Under the pieces are notes generated by a model. That model saw nothing but the letters and a program-made list of their open reading frames with translations, searched no databases and was not told the origin of the DNA. Made by a program: the position numbers and the translations under genes. Below are positions 48,655 to 58,804 of a stretch of DNA of 64,000 bases, in pieces. The stretch is from positions 1,087-65,086 of the forward strand of contig CAVXVD010000073.1 in NCBI GenBank assembly GCA_963765015.1, read 5' to 3'. Source of the DNA: an uncultured Acidobacteriota bacterium. Lineage in GTDB: Bacteria > Acidobacteriota > Terriglobia > Terriglobales > Acidobacteriaceae. How positions within the stretch are numbered: the first letter of the stretch is position 1; every line of letters begins with the position of its first letter.

Positions 48655-50130
48655 CTATTCCAGCTTCTTGGCTAATAGCTCGTTTACGATCTGAGGGCTG
48701 GCTTGACCTTTGGATGCCTTCATGACTTGGCCTACAAAGAATCCAATCATGGTTTTTTTCCCCGCACGATATTGTTCAAGTTGCTTGGGATTCGCGACCA
48801 AAATCTCGTCAATGATCTTTTCCAACGCAGACGTGTCGGTCGACTGCTGCGGCCGGCCTTCTTCCTCATAGACTGCGGGGAAATCTTTGCCACGCTCGAA
48901 ACTCAAGTCATAGAGCTCTTTCAGCATCTTTCCCGAAATCGTGCCTGCCTCGACCAGATCGGCAGACGCCGCAACGCCTGCCATCGAGACTGGCGATTGC
49001 TCGATTCCAATGCCCTTCGCCTTGAGTCGTCCCATTAATTCACCCTGGACGAGGTTGGCGACGCGTTTTGGATTCTTGGCTGCTTTCGCCGCCCGCTCGA
49101 ACCGGTCTGCCATCGCCTTCGAAAACGTCAGCACCTGCGCGTCGTACTCAGTAATGCCGTAATCGTGTACCATGCGCGTACGGCGAGCTTCCGGCAACTC
49201 CGGCAGTTCCCGGGCAATCTCGGTCTTCCACTTTTCGTCGACGACGAGAGGCAACAGGTCGGGCTCGGGAAAATAGCGGTAATCATGCGCCTGTTCCTTG
49301 GAGCGCATGCTGTAGGTCTTTCCCTCGTTCGAGTTATAGAGGCGTGTTTCCTGCGTGATCTTACCTCCCGACTCGATGACTTCAATCTGGCGCCCGATCT
49401 CGTACTCCAGCGCTTCGCGGATAAAGCGGAACGAATTCACGTTCTTGATCTCGGTCTTCGTTCCCAATTCTTTCTGCCCGCGTGGCCGCACGCTGACGTT
49501 GGCGTCGCAGCGCAAGGAACCTTCTTCCATGTTGCAGTCGCTTACGCCGGCGTACAGGATGATCTCTTTCAGACGGGTCAAGTATTCGTAGGCTTCATTG
49601 GGGGTGGAGATGTCCGGTTCGCTGACGATCTCAATCAGCGGCACACCGGTGCGGTTCAAATCGATCGCGGTCTTCTCGTCGGAATCGGGAAAACCCTCGT
49701 GGAGACTCTTGCCCGCATCTTCCTCAAGATGCACGCGCGTGATGCCAATTTTATTCTTGCCGCTTCCTGATGGCACTTCAATCGAGCCAAACTCGGCCAG
49801 CGGCTTGTCATATTGCGAGATCTGGTAGCCCTTGGGCAAGTCGGGATAAAAGTAGTTCTTGCGCGCGAAGACGGAAGTCTTGTTGATGCGACAATTTAGC
49901 GCCAAGGCCGCCATCGTGGCGAACTCGACGACCTTCTTGTTGAGTACGGGGAGAGCGCCGGGCATCCCCAGGCATACGGGGCAGACGTTCGTGTTCGGAG
50001 GCACGCCAAAACGGGTCGAGCACGAACAGAAGATCTTGGTCGCCGTCAGAAGTTGAACGTGTACTTCCAGCCCGATAACCGGCTCAAACCTGGGATGAGC
50101 CGCGATGGACTTCTCCGCGATGGTGGTCAT
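48655..50130 (-). CDS. gatB: Asp-tRNA(Asn)/Glu-tRNA(Gln) amidotransferase subunit B
   Basis: 491 aa, VIGLEVHVQL and PNTNVCPVCLGMPGALPVLN, C-terminal YqeY-like domain. Confidence 0.96.
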   Translation of the reverse strand: MTTIAEKSIAAHPRFEPVIGLEVHVQLLTATKIFCSCSTRFGVPPNTNVCPVCLGMPGALPVLNKKVVEFATMAALALNCRINKTSVFARKNYFYPDLPKGYQISQYDKPLAEFGSIEVPSGSGKNKIGITRVHLEEDAGKSLHEGFPDSDEKTAIDLNRTGVPLIEIVSEPDISTPNEAYEYLTRLKEIILYAGVSDCNMEEGSLRCDANVSVRPRGQKELGTKTEIKNVNSFRFIREALEYEIGRQIEVIESGGKITQETRLYNSNEGKTYSMRSKEQAHDYRYFPEPDLLPLVVDEKWKTEIARELPELPEARRTRMVHDYGITEYDAQVLTFSKAMADRFERAAKAAKNPKRVANLVQGELMGRLKAKGIGIEQSPVSMAGVAASADLVEAGTISGKMLKELYDLSFERGKDFPAVYEEEGRPQQSTDTSALEKIIDEILVANPKQLEQYRAGKKTMIGFFVGQVMKASKGQASPQIVNELLAKKLE

Positions 50131-50216
50131 AGATCCAAGATTATAAAGCTCGCAAGATTCGGTTCCACAATAAGCGCGATAGTGCCCAGGGAACGATTCG
50201 GAGCAGGTTGTCTAGA

Positions 50217-50885
50217 CTAGGGATTCGCGGATGCGTGCATGTACTTATCAACCTCAACCTCGAAGTAAAGCAATTCGTTCCCCTTCGCATCGGTGACGCC
50301 TGTAATGTCGATGTTCGCACCCGCGAGCGGCGACGAAATCCCTCCCACGTCAAAAAACAGAAATCCTGCCTGCGTGGTATGGGGTTCGACGGCACGCGCG
50401 GCGAATTGCGAAGATTCGATCTCGTCCATCTGTTTTTTGTTGACCGTGCCTTTCACACGATTCGGCAGGGGAAGGGGACTGGGCCGCGTACCCCCACTTC
50501 GTGGATTGGATAGCCGCCGGTAGAGATCCTCTGTAGTGATCGGCGTGAGCTTCGAGTGGTTCGCGGTGATCAGCGTGATTTCCATGTTGGCTATGGACAC
50601 CGGTTGATCGCCGTCATTGGTCACAACGAAATAGATAGGCAGAAAGCCGTGCTCAGCAAAATTCACAGTAAAGATCTTCGCTTTGTCGGGGGTGTCATAC
50701 GGGTCTGCCGCAATGGCCACTTTCTCGTCGCGATGGAAGTCGTGTGCGGGATAGTTGATGGCCATCCGCGGCACAGGTTTTACGAAAGTCTTCGCCAAGA
50801 CCAAGATCGGCACGCTGAGTGCAGCGCACAGGATCAGGACCAACGACCGAGACCGAGCGTCGCAAGAAGTTGAAGGGAACCGCAT
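50217..50885 (-). CDS. Hypothetical secreted protein
   Basis: 222 aa with a signal peptide (SLVLILCAALSVPILVLA). No family recognised. Confidence 0.55.
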   Translation of the reverse strand: MRFPSTSCDARSRSLVLILCAALSVPILVLAKTFVKPVPRMAINYPAHDFHRDEKVAIAADPYDTPDKAKIFTVNFAEHGFLPIYFVVTNDGDQPVSIANMEITLITANHSKLTPITTEDLYRRLSNPRSGGTRPSPLPLPNRVKGTVNKKQMDEIESSQFAARAVEPHTTQAGFLFFDVGGISSPLAGANIDITGVTDAKGNELLYFEVEVDKYMHASANP

Positions 50886-50945
50886 GGCCCAATTATAGAA
50901 GGAGGGCGCGCCGACCGCCTACGTGGCGGTTTAGAATGACTCAGC

Positions 50946-52280
50946 TTGAGTTATCTTCTCTACAGTCTGGTGCTTGCGCTGGGAATGGTGTTGAGCCTGC
51001 CGTATTGGCTTTACCAGATCCTGCGCCACGGCAAATACCGACGCGGCTTCGCCGAGCGCATGGGCCGTGTTCCGGCGCATCTCAAGGGTCCGGAAGCTGT
51101 TCCATCAAGGCGGCGGATCATCTGGATTCACGCCGTGTCTGTCGGTGAGGTTCTGGCGGTGAGTGGCCTCGTCGACAAGATACGCTATTCATTCCCAAAG
51201 CACCGCGTGGTCGTTTCGACGACGACCGATACTGGCCATGACCTCGCCAGCGAGCGCTTCGGTGACGAGAACGTGTTTTATTTTCCAATGGACTTTGCCT
51301 TCGCCATTCGTCCATACCTGCAGGCATTGCAGCCCGAACTGGTAATGCTAGCGGAAACCGAGTTCTGGCCTAATTTTCTGCGGTTATCGCATGCCAGCGG
51401 AGCGCGCATTGTTGTGGTGAATGCACGCATCTCCGACCGATCATGGCCTCGCTATCAACGTTTTCGCTGGGCGCTGCGCCGGATGCTTGTGAACGTCGAC
51501 ATCTTTCTCGCGCAGACGGAAGAGGACAGTGTTCGGTTGCAGTCGATCGGAGCTGATCCGCTCCAGGTGCAGGTCACGGGCAATTTGAAGTTCGATGTAG
51601 GGCCGCCTGCGCCGTCGCCGATCGTAGAAAGTCTGCGCCGGTCGCTGGCTGCCGAGGCTGCTGGTCCCGTTGTCGTCTGTGGCAGCACAGTCGAAGATGA
51701 AGAACCTCCACTGCTGAAAGCATTTGAGAATTTGCGTGTCGGACATTTGGGGGCAGTCATGATTCTCGCTCCGCGTCATCCGGAGCGCTTCGACGACGTC
51801 GCGATTCTGCTGGGGCAGTTGGGCATTCGCTCCTACCGCCGTTCGAGGTGGCAGGGGGAAGCGTTGGCAGGCGGGGTATTGCTGCTGGATACGATCGGAG
51901 AACTGGCCGCCCTGTACGCACTGGCTGACATTGCCTTCGTGGGCGGAAGCCTGGTTCCGCGCGGCGGCCACAACATTATCGAGCCCGCACAACACGGTGT
52001 CGCGATCGTAACCGGGAACCATACGGAAAATTTCCGGGATATCGTCGCTCTCTTTCAAACTCGGGATGCGGTGCGCATCGTGAGTCTTGCCGAGCTGCCC
52101 TTGACCCTGATGCATCTGTCGGAAAACGAGGCCGAGCGTCGCGCGCTGGGCCGCCGCGCGAAAGAGACTATGCAGTTGCAGCTCGGCGCGACTTCAAGGA
52201 CACTAGACGCGCTTAAGACTCTGCTCGCGCAAGATTTAGATGCTCAACCCGCCTCAGCGCAAGCTGCACATAACGATTGA
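50946..52280 (+). CDS. waaA: 3-deoxy-D-manno-octulosonic acid (Kdo) transferase
   Basis: TTG start, N-terminal TM helix, IWIHAVSVGEV motif, GT30 fold length (444 aa). Confidence 0.9.
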   Translation: MSYLLYSLVLALGMVLSLPYWLYQILRHGKYRRGFAERMGRVPAHLKGPEAVPSRRRIIWIHAVSVGEVLAVSGLVDKIRYSFPKHRVVVSTTTDTGHDLASERFGDENVFYFPMDFAFAIRPYLQALQPELVMLAETEFWPNFLRLSHASGARIVVVNARISDRSWPRYQRFRWALRRMLVNVDIFLAQTEEDSVRLQSIGADPLQVQVTGNLKFDVGPPAPSPIVESLRRSLAAEAAGPVVVCGSTVEDEEPPLLKAFENLRVGHLGAVMILAPRHPERFDDVAILLGQLGIRSYRRSRWQGEALAGGVLLLDTIGELAALYALADIAFVGGSLVPRGGHNIIEPAQHGVAIVTGNHTENFRDIVALFQTRDAVRIVSLAELPLTLMHLSENEAERRALGRRAKETMQLQLGATSRTLDALKTLLAQDLDAQPASAQAAHND

Positions 52281-53221
52281 ATCCCCTCTCGAACATCTAC
52301 GGCGGAGTCGTGGCAGTGCGCAATGTGCTCTACGATCGCAGAGTCCTGCCAGCACGCCGATTGAATGGCCCCGTCGTCAGCGTGGGAAATCTTTCGGCGG
52401 GCGGATCCGGGAAGACGCCATTCGTGTTGTTGTTGGGTGAATTGCTGAAGGCGCGCAGCGTGAAATTTGATGTCCTATCGCGAGGTTATGGGCGTGCATC
52501 GAAGGGGGTCCGGTTGGTGGATCCCGCAGGTATGCCACAGGAGTTCGGTGACGAGCCTCTCTTGATTGCCCGCAAGCTGCAAGTGCGAGTGATCGTAGGA
52601 GAGAACCGCTACGACGCTGGACGCTTCGCCGAATCGAGATTCGGTCCACAACTGCATTTGCTGGATGACGGCTTTCAGCATCGCGCTCTGGCGCGCGATT
52701 TCGACATTGTGCTGGTTACGCCCCAGGACGCCGGTGACCGGCTGCTTCCTGCCGGGCGATTGCGAGAGCCGCTGCGCTCCTTGAGCCGAGCCGACGCGGT
52801 GGTGCTGGCCAGCGGTGCCGTGGCCGGGACTTTTCCAATAGCGGAGAAGCTAGTGTGGCGTCTGCGCCGTGGCATTGTACCGGGTAACATCCCGTCGCGC
52901 CCGGTCGTGTTCTGCGGAATTGCGCGGCCAGAACAGTTCGTTCTGCAATTGCGGACAGCCAGCATCGAGCCGGCCGCCCAGGCGATTTACCGCGATCACT
53001 ATGCTTACGGAGAGAAAGACATCCGCGAATTGCTCGAACTCAAAGAGAGGTCCGAGGCGGATGGATTTGTCACAACCGAGAAAGATGCAGTCAACCTGGG
53101 TGGATACCTTTCCGCGCTCGAACCGCTGGCTGTCGTCGCCGTTAAGATGGAACTGACTGAAGCAGCTAACGCCGTGGATACCATGCTCCGGAAGATCGAA
53201 GAGCGAAGGCGCCAGGCATGA
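52277..53221 (+). CDS. lpxK: Tetraacyldisaccharide 4'-kinase
   Basis: P-loop VSVGNLSAGGSGKTP, then SRGYGR. The TTG start overlaps the waaA stop by 4 nt. Confidence 0.88.
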   Translation: MNPLSNIYGGVVAVRNVLYDRRVLPARRLNGPVVSVGNLSAGGSGKTPFVLLLGELLKARSVKFDVLSRGYGRASKGVRLVDPAGMPQEFGDEPLLIARKLQVRVIVGENRYDAGRFAESRFGPQLHLLDDGFQHRALARDFDIVLVTPQDAGDRLLPAGRLREPLRSLSRADAVVLASGAVAGTFPIAEKLVWRLRRGIVPGNIPSRPVVFCGIARPEQFVLQLRTASIEPAAQAIYRDHYAYGEKDIRELLELKERSEADGFVTTEKDAVNLGGYLSALEPLAVVAVKMELTEAANAVDTMLRKIEERRRQA

Positions 53222-53277
53222 GAGAATCGGTCTCGTAGCGCGCCACGATGCCGGCGTTACCAGCGCGGGTCTCAGCA

Positions 53278-54312
53278 ATGTCCAAGCATCTAAAAGAAGC
53301 CGAGCGGCTCCACAAGATCGTCGAAGCCTTCCCTAAGATGACCGTCACGGTGCTTGGGGATCTCGTGGCCGACGAGTTTATTTTCGGTGAGATTTCACGG
53401 GTCTCGCGGGAGGCTCCTGTGCTGATCCTGAAGCATCGTGAGCGGACCGTGGTCCCGGGGGGCGCGGCCAATGCGGCGAACAATCTCGCGGATCTGGGCG
53501 TGAACGTTTTGCCGGTGGGAATCGTGGGCGACGACGAACCGGGACGGCTTTTGCTGAAATACTTCCGCCACAAGCGGATCGCAGTCAGCGGAGTACTGAA
53601 AGACAAGACTTACACAACTGTGACCAAAACACGCATTCTGGCGGGCATGACGCATACCGCGCGGCAACAGGTTGTGCGCGTCGACCGAGAACCCCGGGAT
53701 GCGCCGAACAGTCACTTGACTCGGGAGCTTTATCTGGCGGCACGAAACTATGCGCACGTCTCGGACGCCCTGCTGGTGTCGGACTATGGGTACGGTGCAG
53801 CCACTCCGGCGATCGTGAACACGTTGCGGGAAAAGGGAAAGGTGGGATCGACACCGATCGTTCTGGACTCGCGCTACCGCATGCTGCAGTATGCGGGTGT
53901 GACGGCGGCGACTCCGAATGAGCCTGAAGTAGAAGAGGCTCTCGGGATCCGCATCGGACACGATTGGGACAAGTTGATCGGCGCAGGCGAGCAGGTGATG
54001 GCGCGCATGAAGTTGCAATCGCTGGTGATCACGCGCGGGCGCGACGGCATGGTGGCTTTCGATCAACGGCACAAGCCGGTCGACATCCCCATCTCCGGCT
54101 CCGACCAGGTGGCGGACGTAACCGGCGCGGGCGATACGGTGATCGCTACGTTTACTGCGGCTCTGGCCGCGGGCGCGACCACCGAAGAGGCCGCGCAACT
54201 GGCTAACTACGCGGGCGGAATTGTGGTCATGAAGCGCGGCACCGCCACAGTTTCACGGGAAGAATTGCTGGCTGCGATCGACAAGACTTCGCCTGCGACA
54301 CGGCCTCACTGA
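53278..54312 (+). CDS. rfaE1: D-glycero-beta-D-manno-heptose-7-phosphate kinase (RfaE domain I, PfkB family)
   Basis: PGGAANAANN and DVTGAGDTVIATF PfkB motifs. Start taken at MSKHLKEAE (ORF opens at 53248). Confidence 0.85.
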   Translation: MSKHLKEAERLHKIVEAFPKMTVTVLGDLVADEFIFGEISRVSREAPVLILKHRERTVVPGGAANAANNLADLGVNVLPVGIVGDDEPGRLLLKYFRHKRIAVSGVLKDKTYTTVTKTRILAGMTHTARQQVVRVDREPRDAPNSHLTRELYLAARNYAHVSDALLVSDYGYGAATPAIVNTLREKGKVGSTPIVLDSRYRMLQYAGVTAATPNEPEVEEALGIRIGHDWDKLIGAGEQVMARMKLQSLVITRGRDGMVAFDQRHKPVDIPISGSDQVADVTGAGDTVIATFTAALAAGATTEEAAQLANYAGGIVVMKRGTATVSREELLAAIDKTSPATRPH

Positions 54313-54813
54313 ATGCACACCAAAGGGGACGCACACGGCAAAATCCTCACCCGAGAGGAACTTCGCCTCCGGGTCGAAGAGTGGCGACGTGTTGGCGAGC
54401 GAATCACGCTTGCGAACGGCAACTTCGATCTGCTGCACGTCGGGCACGTGCGCTATCTTCACGGAGCGAAAGCATTGGGAGGCAAACTGGTCGTTGCCAT
54501 CAATTCCGACCAATCGGTGCGTGCACTAAAGGGCGAGGGGCGGCCGGTCATGCCGGAACACGAACGAGCGGAAATTGTTGCCGCGCTTACTGACGTGGAC
54601 GCCGTCGTGATTTTCCCTGAACTGGATGTGCGCGCCATCATTCGCGAGATTCGTCCGGATGTTCAGGTCAAGGGGACTGATTACACGGCCGACTCCGTTC
54701 CGGAGCGCGATGCAGTTGTCGAGTGCGGAGGGCGGGTCGAGATCGTCGGCGATCCGAAAGATCATTCGACAAGCGAGATCATACGCTCGCGCCTCTCCCC
54801 GAGGGAGTCTTGA
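54313..54813 (+). CDS. rfaE2: D-glycero-beta-D-manno-heptose-1-phosphate adenylyltransferase (RfaE domain II)
   Basis: Cytidylyltransferase HxGH box [15 protein letters not shown]. The ATG immediately follows the rfaE1 TGA in the same frame. Confidence 0.85.
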   Translation: MHTKGDAHGKILTREELRLRVEEWRRVGERITLANGNFDLLHVGHVRYLHGAKALGGKLVVAINSDQSVRALKGEGRPVMPEHERAEIVAALTDVDAVVIFPELDVRAIIREIRPDVQVKGTDYTADSVPERDAVVECGGRVEIVGDPKDHSTSEIIRSRLSPRES

Positions 54814-54855
54814 CGCGACGGCGCGAACGGTGGGCCGCCTGAACGCCTCCTGATT

Positions 54856-55932
54856 GTGCGGCTTAGCGCGATGGGAGACGTGATCCACACACTGCCCGCG
54901 GCGCAAGCGCTGCGCGAGGCTTTCCCCGGAGCGATGATCGGCTGGTTGATTGAGGAGCGGTGGGCCGAACTGTTGTGCGCGCCGGGAACGCCGAGGCGTG
55001 GACCGCGCTCCCCGCAGCGGCCTTTGGTCGACTGGGTTCATACCGTCAACCTCGTGGGCTGGAGGAAATCGCTGTTTTCGATTCCAACGTTCGAGCGGGT
55101 CGCAAGAGTCTGGAATGACGTGCGCGCCGTCCACTATGATCTCGCGATTGATCTGCAAGGCGCGATTCGCTCGGCAGTGCTCGCGCGCTGGTCGGGAGCA
55201 CGAGTTGTGCATGGCGCCGCTGATCCGAGAGAGTCGCCGGCGAGCTTGTTGTACACGCGTATGACGGTCGCTCGTGGAGTGCATGTGATCGAGCAGAATT
55301 TGTCGCTCGCCGAAGCCGTCATCCAGCACAGGCTAGAATCACCATCCGTCGAGTTGCCTCACGATGGCGCGGCGGAGCGGCGCATTCGGAAGCGGCTCGC
55401 CGAAGCCGCGATCGGAGAATTCGCGATTCTGAATCCGGGCGCCGGGTGGGGCGCCAAACGCTGGCCGGTCGAACGCTACGCCCGCGTGGCACAAGGTCTT
55501 GCCGCCCGCGGCGTGCAGTCGATTGTGAACTACGGGCCGGGTGAAGAAGGTCTGGCAAGCGAGGCGGAGGCTGCCAGCGAAGGCTCGGCGAAAGCCTTTC
55601 CTTGTTCGATTACCGAACTGATCGCGCTGACGCGGCGGGCGCGATTGTTTATCGGCGGGGATACGGGGCCACTCCACCTGGCGGCGGCGATGCAGATCCC
55701 GGTGGTTGCGATCTTTGGGCCGACCAATCCGGCGCGCAACGGACCGTACGGGACCACGAGCGTGGTCTTGAGGAATCCGGCGAGTCCGACTACACATGCC
55801 CGCAATGCCAAGCCCGACGAGGGAATGCTCGAAATTAGCGCGGAAGCCGTCCTCGACGCCGCTCACAAACTGCTTACTGATGAAAACGCCGAACACAATC
55901 ATTCGGCCCGCAGGGATGCCGCGCGTGGCTGA
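54856..55932 (+). CDS. Glycosyltransferase family 9 (LPS heptosyltransferase)
   Basis: RLSAMGDVIHTLPA, later GGDTGPLHLAAA. Only a GTG at 54856 is available as a start. The usual N-terminal ILIV strand (ERLLIV) lies upstream of it in-frame, so the real start is unclear. Confidence 0.82.
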   Translation: MRLSAMGDVIHTLPAAQALREAFPGAMIGWLIEERWAELLCAPGTPRRGPRSPQRPLVDWVHTVNLVGWRKSLFSIPTFERVARVWNDVRAVHYDLAIDLQGAIRSAVLARWSGARVVHGAADPRESPASLLYTRMTVARGVHVIEQNLSLAEAVIQHRLESPSVELPHDGAAERRIRKRLAEAAIGEFAILNPGAGWGAKRWPVERYARVAQGLAARGVQSIVNYGPGEEGLASEAEAASEGSAKAFPCSITELIALTRRARLFIGGDTGPLHLAAAMQIPVVAIFGPTNPARNGPYGTTSVVLRNPASPTTHARNAKPDEGMLEISAEAVLDAAHKLLTDENAEHNHSARRDAARG

Positions 55933-56476
55933 CTGGTCCCGAGTCGCACGACGCATCCGAGTGCCTCTGGGCTTTGTCTTTGCCGTGCTGTATTTCTGGC
56001 TGGCGCGGCCGACCTGGCGCTTTCTCGCGTTGGGGGCTCTTCTCGTTGTGCCGGGGCTTTTGATTCGTGCACTGGCTTCTGGGCATGTACGCAAGAATGA
56101 GGCGCTGGCGACGTCGGGACCCTACGCGCACACGCGGAATCCGCTGTACCTGGGGTCGTTGCTACTCGGCTTGGGATTCGCGGTGGCAGCGCGCAGTTGG
56201 TGGGTTGGTCTGGTGCTGTTGGTGATGTTCTTCGCGATCTACTTACCGGTGATCCGTGGGGAAGAGGAATTCCTGCGGGCGAAGTTCCCTGAGTTCGAGG
56301 ACTATGCCTGGCACGTCCCGCGAATGCTTCCACGAATTGTTCCCCATCCAAGCGGGAACCAGGAGCAGGGGGAATTCTCGATGGATCTGTATCTCCAACA
56401 CCGAGAATACAATGCGTTGCTCGGCGCGCTGGCGATGATGCTGCTCCTGATGGGCAAAATCTTGTTGCGATTCTGA
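55916..56476 (+). CDS. ICMT/PEMT-like membrane methyltransferase family protein
   Basis: TM-rich, 186 aa, GPYAHTRNPLYLG and EEEFL motifs. The ATG overlaps the GT9 gene end by 17 nt. Confidence 0.72.
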   Translation: MPRVADWSRVARRIRVPLGFVFAVLYFWLARPTWRFLALGALLVVPGLLIRALASGHVRKNEALATSGPYAHTRNPLYLGSLLLGLGFAVAARSWWVGLVLLVMFFAIYLPVIRGEEEFLRAKFPEFEDYAWHVPRMLPRIVPHPSGNQEQGEFSMDLYLQHREYNALLGALAMMLLLMGKILLRF

Positions 56477-56563
56477 CTTTGGCTTGCCGCGGCCCGTCTC
56501 GGAAGACCCAGGGTGCGTCTCAAGAATTCCTTGCGGAGCCCGATCCTCGTCCTGTACCAGTTC

Positions 56564-57718
56564 TTATTCGAACTGCAGGACAACAATCTCGGGATTGGAA
56601 CCGAGCCGGAGAGGTGGACCCCAAGTGCCGGCCCCGCTGGAGGTGAAGACCTGCATCTTGCCAATGCGGCTCAAGCCGTAAACGAATTGGCGGTACATGC
56701 GGCGGGCCATCCAGCTCCAGGGGACGAACTGGCCGAGATGAGTGTGGCCGGAGAGTTGAAGAGAGATGCCTGCGGCCTCGGCGATGTCCGGGTGGTCAGG
56801 GGCATGGATGAGGAGAATACTGGCCCGGTCGCGGTTGACTCGAATCTGGTCAAGGACCGATTCCAGGTGCCCACGCTGGGTTGCGTGGCGGTAGGGGATG
56901 CCGACAATCTGGAGACCGTCGACTTCAACCTTTTCGTTACTTAGGACGCGGACCCCAGCGGCGGAGATCGCGTGCAGATATTTCGAGTCGTCCCCAAACT
57001 GCTCGTGATTTCCCGCGACGAAGTAGACGCCGTTGGGCGCGGTCAGTTTCTTGAGGGGCTCCGCAGCGCGACCTGCGTCGATGGCAGTCCCGTCGTAGAG
57101 ATCTCCGGCGATAAAGACGGCATCGGGCCGCTCGTGGAGAATCTTCGCCACCATGCGGCGGAGGAAAGTGCCGTTGCGCACGTGCCCAAGGTGTACGTCA
57201 CTGATTAGCGCCGCTTTTCGGCCGCGCCATTCTTCAGGCAAGTTGGCGAGTTGAACGGTCAGGCGCGTGATTCTTGTCAAGCTGGCGTTAAAAACGCCAA
57301 GAATCCCGGTCGCCATCGCGAGAACGAACAGGACTTCCACTGTGAGGTGAAAGTTCAAGGGTTGTCCGGCGAGGCGGGCAACCGCCAAAATCGCCCATGA
57401 TGCAAGGGCTGCGATCAAGAGGAAACTGAGGATTCCCATCCAGATGGCGGCGATTCGGTAGAAGGCTCGCAGGGGACCGTTGGTGTAGCGAAAGGCGAGC
57501 AGGGAAGCTGCGACAAAGCTCGTTGACAATAAGCCGAGAGAGAGTTCGAGCCAAACGGATCTGCCGCTGGCGAAAGAGTATGTCCAAGTTCTGTACAGCA
57601 GATAATGCACTAGGAAGAGAACGGACTGGATTACGACGATGAAAGTGACTAAGCTGCTTCGAGAATGCATGAGGATTGGATTCTGCGCGATGGTTTCGGA
57701 TGCGAGGGTTTCGAACAC
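56564..57718 (-). CDS. Membrane-anchored metallophosphoesterase
   Basis: About 4 N-terminal TM helices, then SDVHLGH, GDLYDG, GNHE and GHTHLGQ motifs. Start uncertain (GTG 57718 or ATG 57670). Confidence 0.82.
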   Translation of the reverse strand: MFETLASETIAQNPILMHSRSSLVTFIVVIQSVLFLVHYLLYRTWTYSFASGRSVWLELSLGLLSTSFVAASLLAFRYTNGPLRAFYRIAAIWMGILSFLLIAALASWAILAVARLAGQPLNFHLTVEVLFVLAMATGILGVFNASLTRITRLTVQLANLPEEWRGRKAALISDVHLGHVRNGTFLRRMVAKILHERPDAVFIAGDLYDGTAIDAGRAAEPLKKLTAPNGVYFVAGNHEQFGDDSKYLHAISAAGVRVLSNEKVEVDGLQIVGIPYRHATQRGHLESVLDQIRVNRDRASILLIHAPDHPDIAEAAGISLQLSGHTHLGQFVPWSWMARRMYRQFVYGLSRIGKMQVFTSSGAGTWGPPLRLGSNPEIVVLQFE

Positions 57719-57841
57719 CGCGAACGGAAGCAGATTCCGATCTGCTCGGTTGCGCAGAATTATGGGATAGCAACGGGCGGGATCTCGCCCGGAATCTGTA
57801 CATAATGCGGGTGTTTGCGGAACAACGGCAGGGAATAAATG

Positions 57842-57873
57842 AAAAAGCCTCTCGCCTGAGCAAGAGGCTTTTT
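57842..57873 (-). terminator. Bidirectional-looking rho-independent terminator after the OmpA-like gene
   Basis: AAAAAGCCTCT-N10-AGAGGCTTTTT: a 7-bp stem flanked by an A-run and a T-run. Confidence 0.65.
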
Positions 57874-57916
57874 CTGGGGGAGGGACTCGGGCCGAGTCGC
57901 CCGCTGGGTCCCAAAC

Positions 57917-58804
57917 TTACTTGGGCTGCTGTTGCTGATCAGGGGTGTTAGCCGGGGAATCTGGCGCTCCGGTGTTGCTGGAGAGCTGTTCAAGGTCATT
58001 CTTCAGCAGGCTGATTTCGACGCGTCCGCCGCTAATGCGCTTCGTCTTCGCGGTCTCATCAGTGCTGGGAGCCGGAGCGTTGCCCATGCCGACGAGGTAA
58101 ATGCGGTAGACCGGGATCTCGTGGTTCAGCACGAGGTAGCGCACGACCGACTCGGCCATTTTCTGCGAGCTGGTGATCGCAGCCTGAGCCTTGCCGGACG
58201 AGAAGCCCTGCACTTCGATGATATAGCCGCGCTGACCCTTGACACCTTCAGCCATCTGGTCAAGAGCATCCTTCGCGTTTTTGCTAAGGACGGTCTGACC
58301 GGGGCGGAAGCGGATTTCAGTCTGATTCGAGGCCTTGTACTGGTCGATGTTGCTGACCACGGTCTCGACAGTCTGGACGCGAGTGGTCACCTGCTGTGCG
58401 GACTGCTGCGCCATGGTTGCCTTGTTGCCGGCATCAATAGCGTGCTGATCGGCTTCGTTGGCTTTGTCGGAAGCGAGCTTAATGCCTGCCTGGGCGCGCG
58501 CGTCCGTGTCCTTAATGTTCTTTCCATTCTGCGAGGTCAGCTCATCGAGTTCGTTGACGCGGTCGCGGATGGGTTCGGTCTGGCGTTGAACGTACCGCTT
58601 GCGCGCGAAGGGGTTGACGCGTCCCCAGAAGCCCTCGCGGGAAGGCGCAGCCAGAGGAGCCTTGCCGGTTGCGTTGCCATTGCCGTCAGTCGATGTCGAC
58701 GGGGCGCCCTGGCTCTGAGTGGAGCTGGACGAGGTGGTCTGCGCGAGGACCGGCAAAGCAAGCACGGCGGCCAACGGCAGGGCGATTAGTAGACGGTGGT
58801 TCAT
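57917..58804 (-). CDS. OmpA-family protein with coiled-coil N-terminal region
   Basis: GGAGGA RBS and signal peptide MNHRLLIALPLAAVLALPVLA. Central Q/A-rich helix and a C-terminal OmpA-like domain (...VQGFSSGK...AESVVRYLV...GMGN...RVEISLL). Confidence 0.8.
   Translation of the reverse strand: MNHRLLIALPLAAVLALPVLAQTTSSSSTQSQGAPSTSTDGNGNATGKAPLAAPSREGFWGRVNPFARKRYVQRQTEPIRDRVNELDELTSQNGKNIKDTDARAQAGIKLASDKANEADQHAIDAGNKATMAQQSAQQVTTRVQTVETVVSNIDQYKASNQTEIRFRPGQTVLSKNAKDALDQMAEGVKGQRGYIIEVQGFSSGKAQAAITSSQKMAESVVRYLVLNHEIPVYRIYLVGMGNAPAPSTDETAKTKRISGGRVEISLLKNDLEQLSSNTGAPDSPANTPDQQQQPK

Noticed and set aside
54310-54315. TGA-ATG junction in the same frame between rfaE1 and rfaE2, considered as read-through or Sec recoding giving a fused HldE.
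   Set aside because: The TGA is not at a Cys or redox position, no downstream hairpin was seen, and an ATG follows immediately. Separate kinase and adenylyltransferase genes are common outside enterobacteria.
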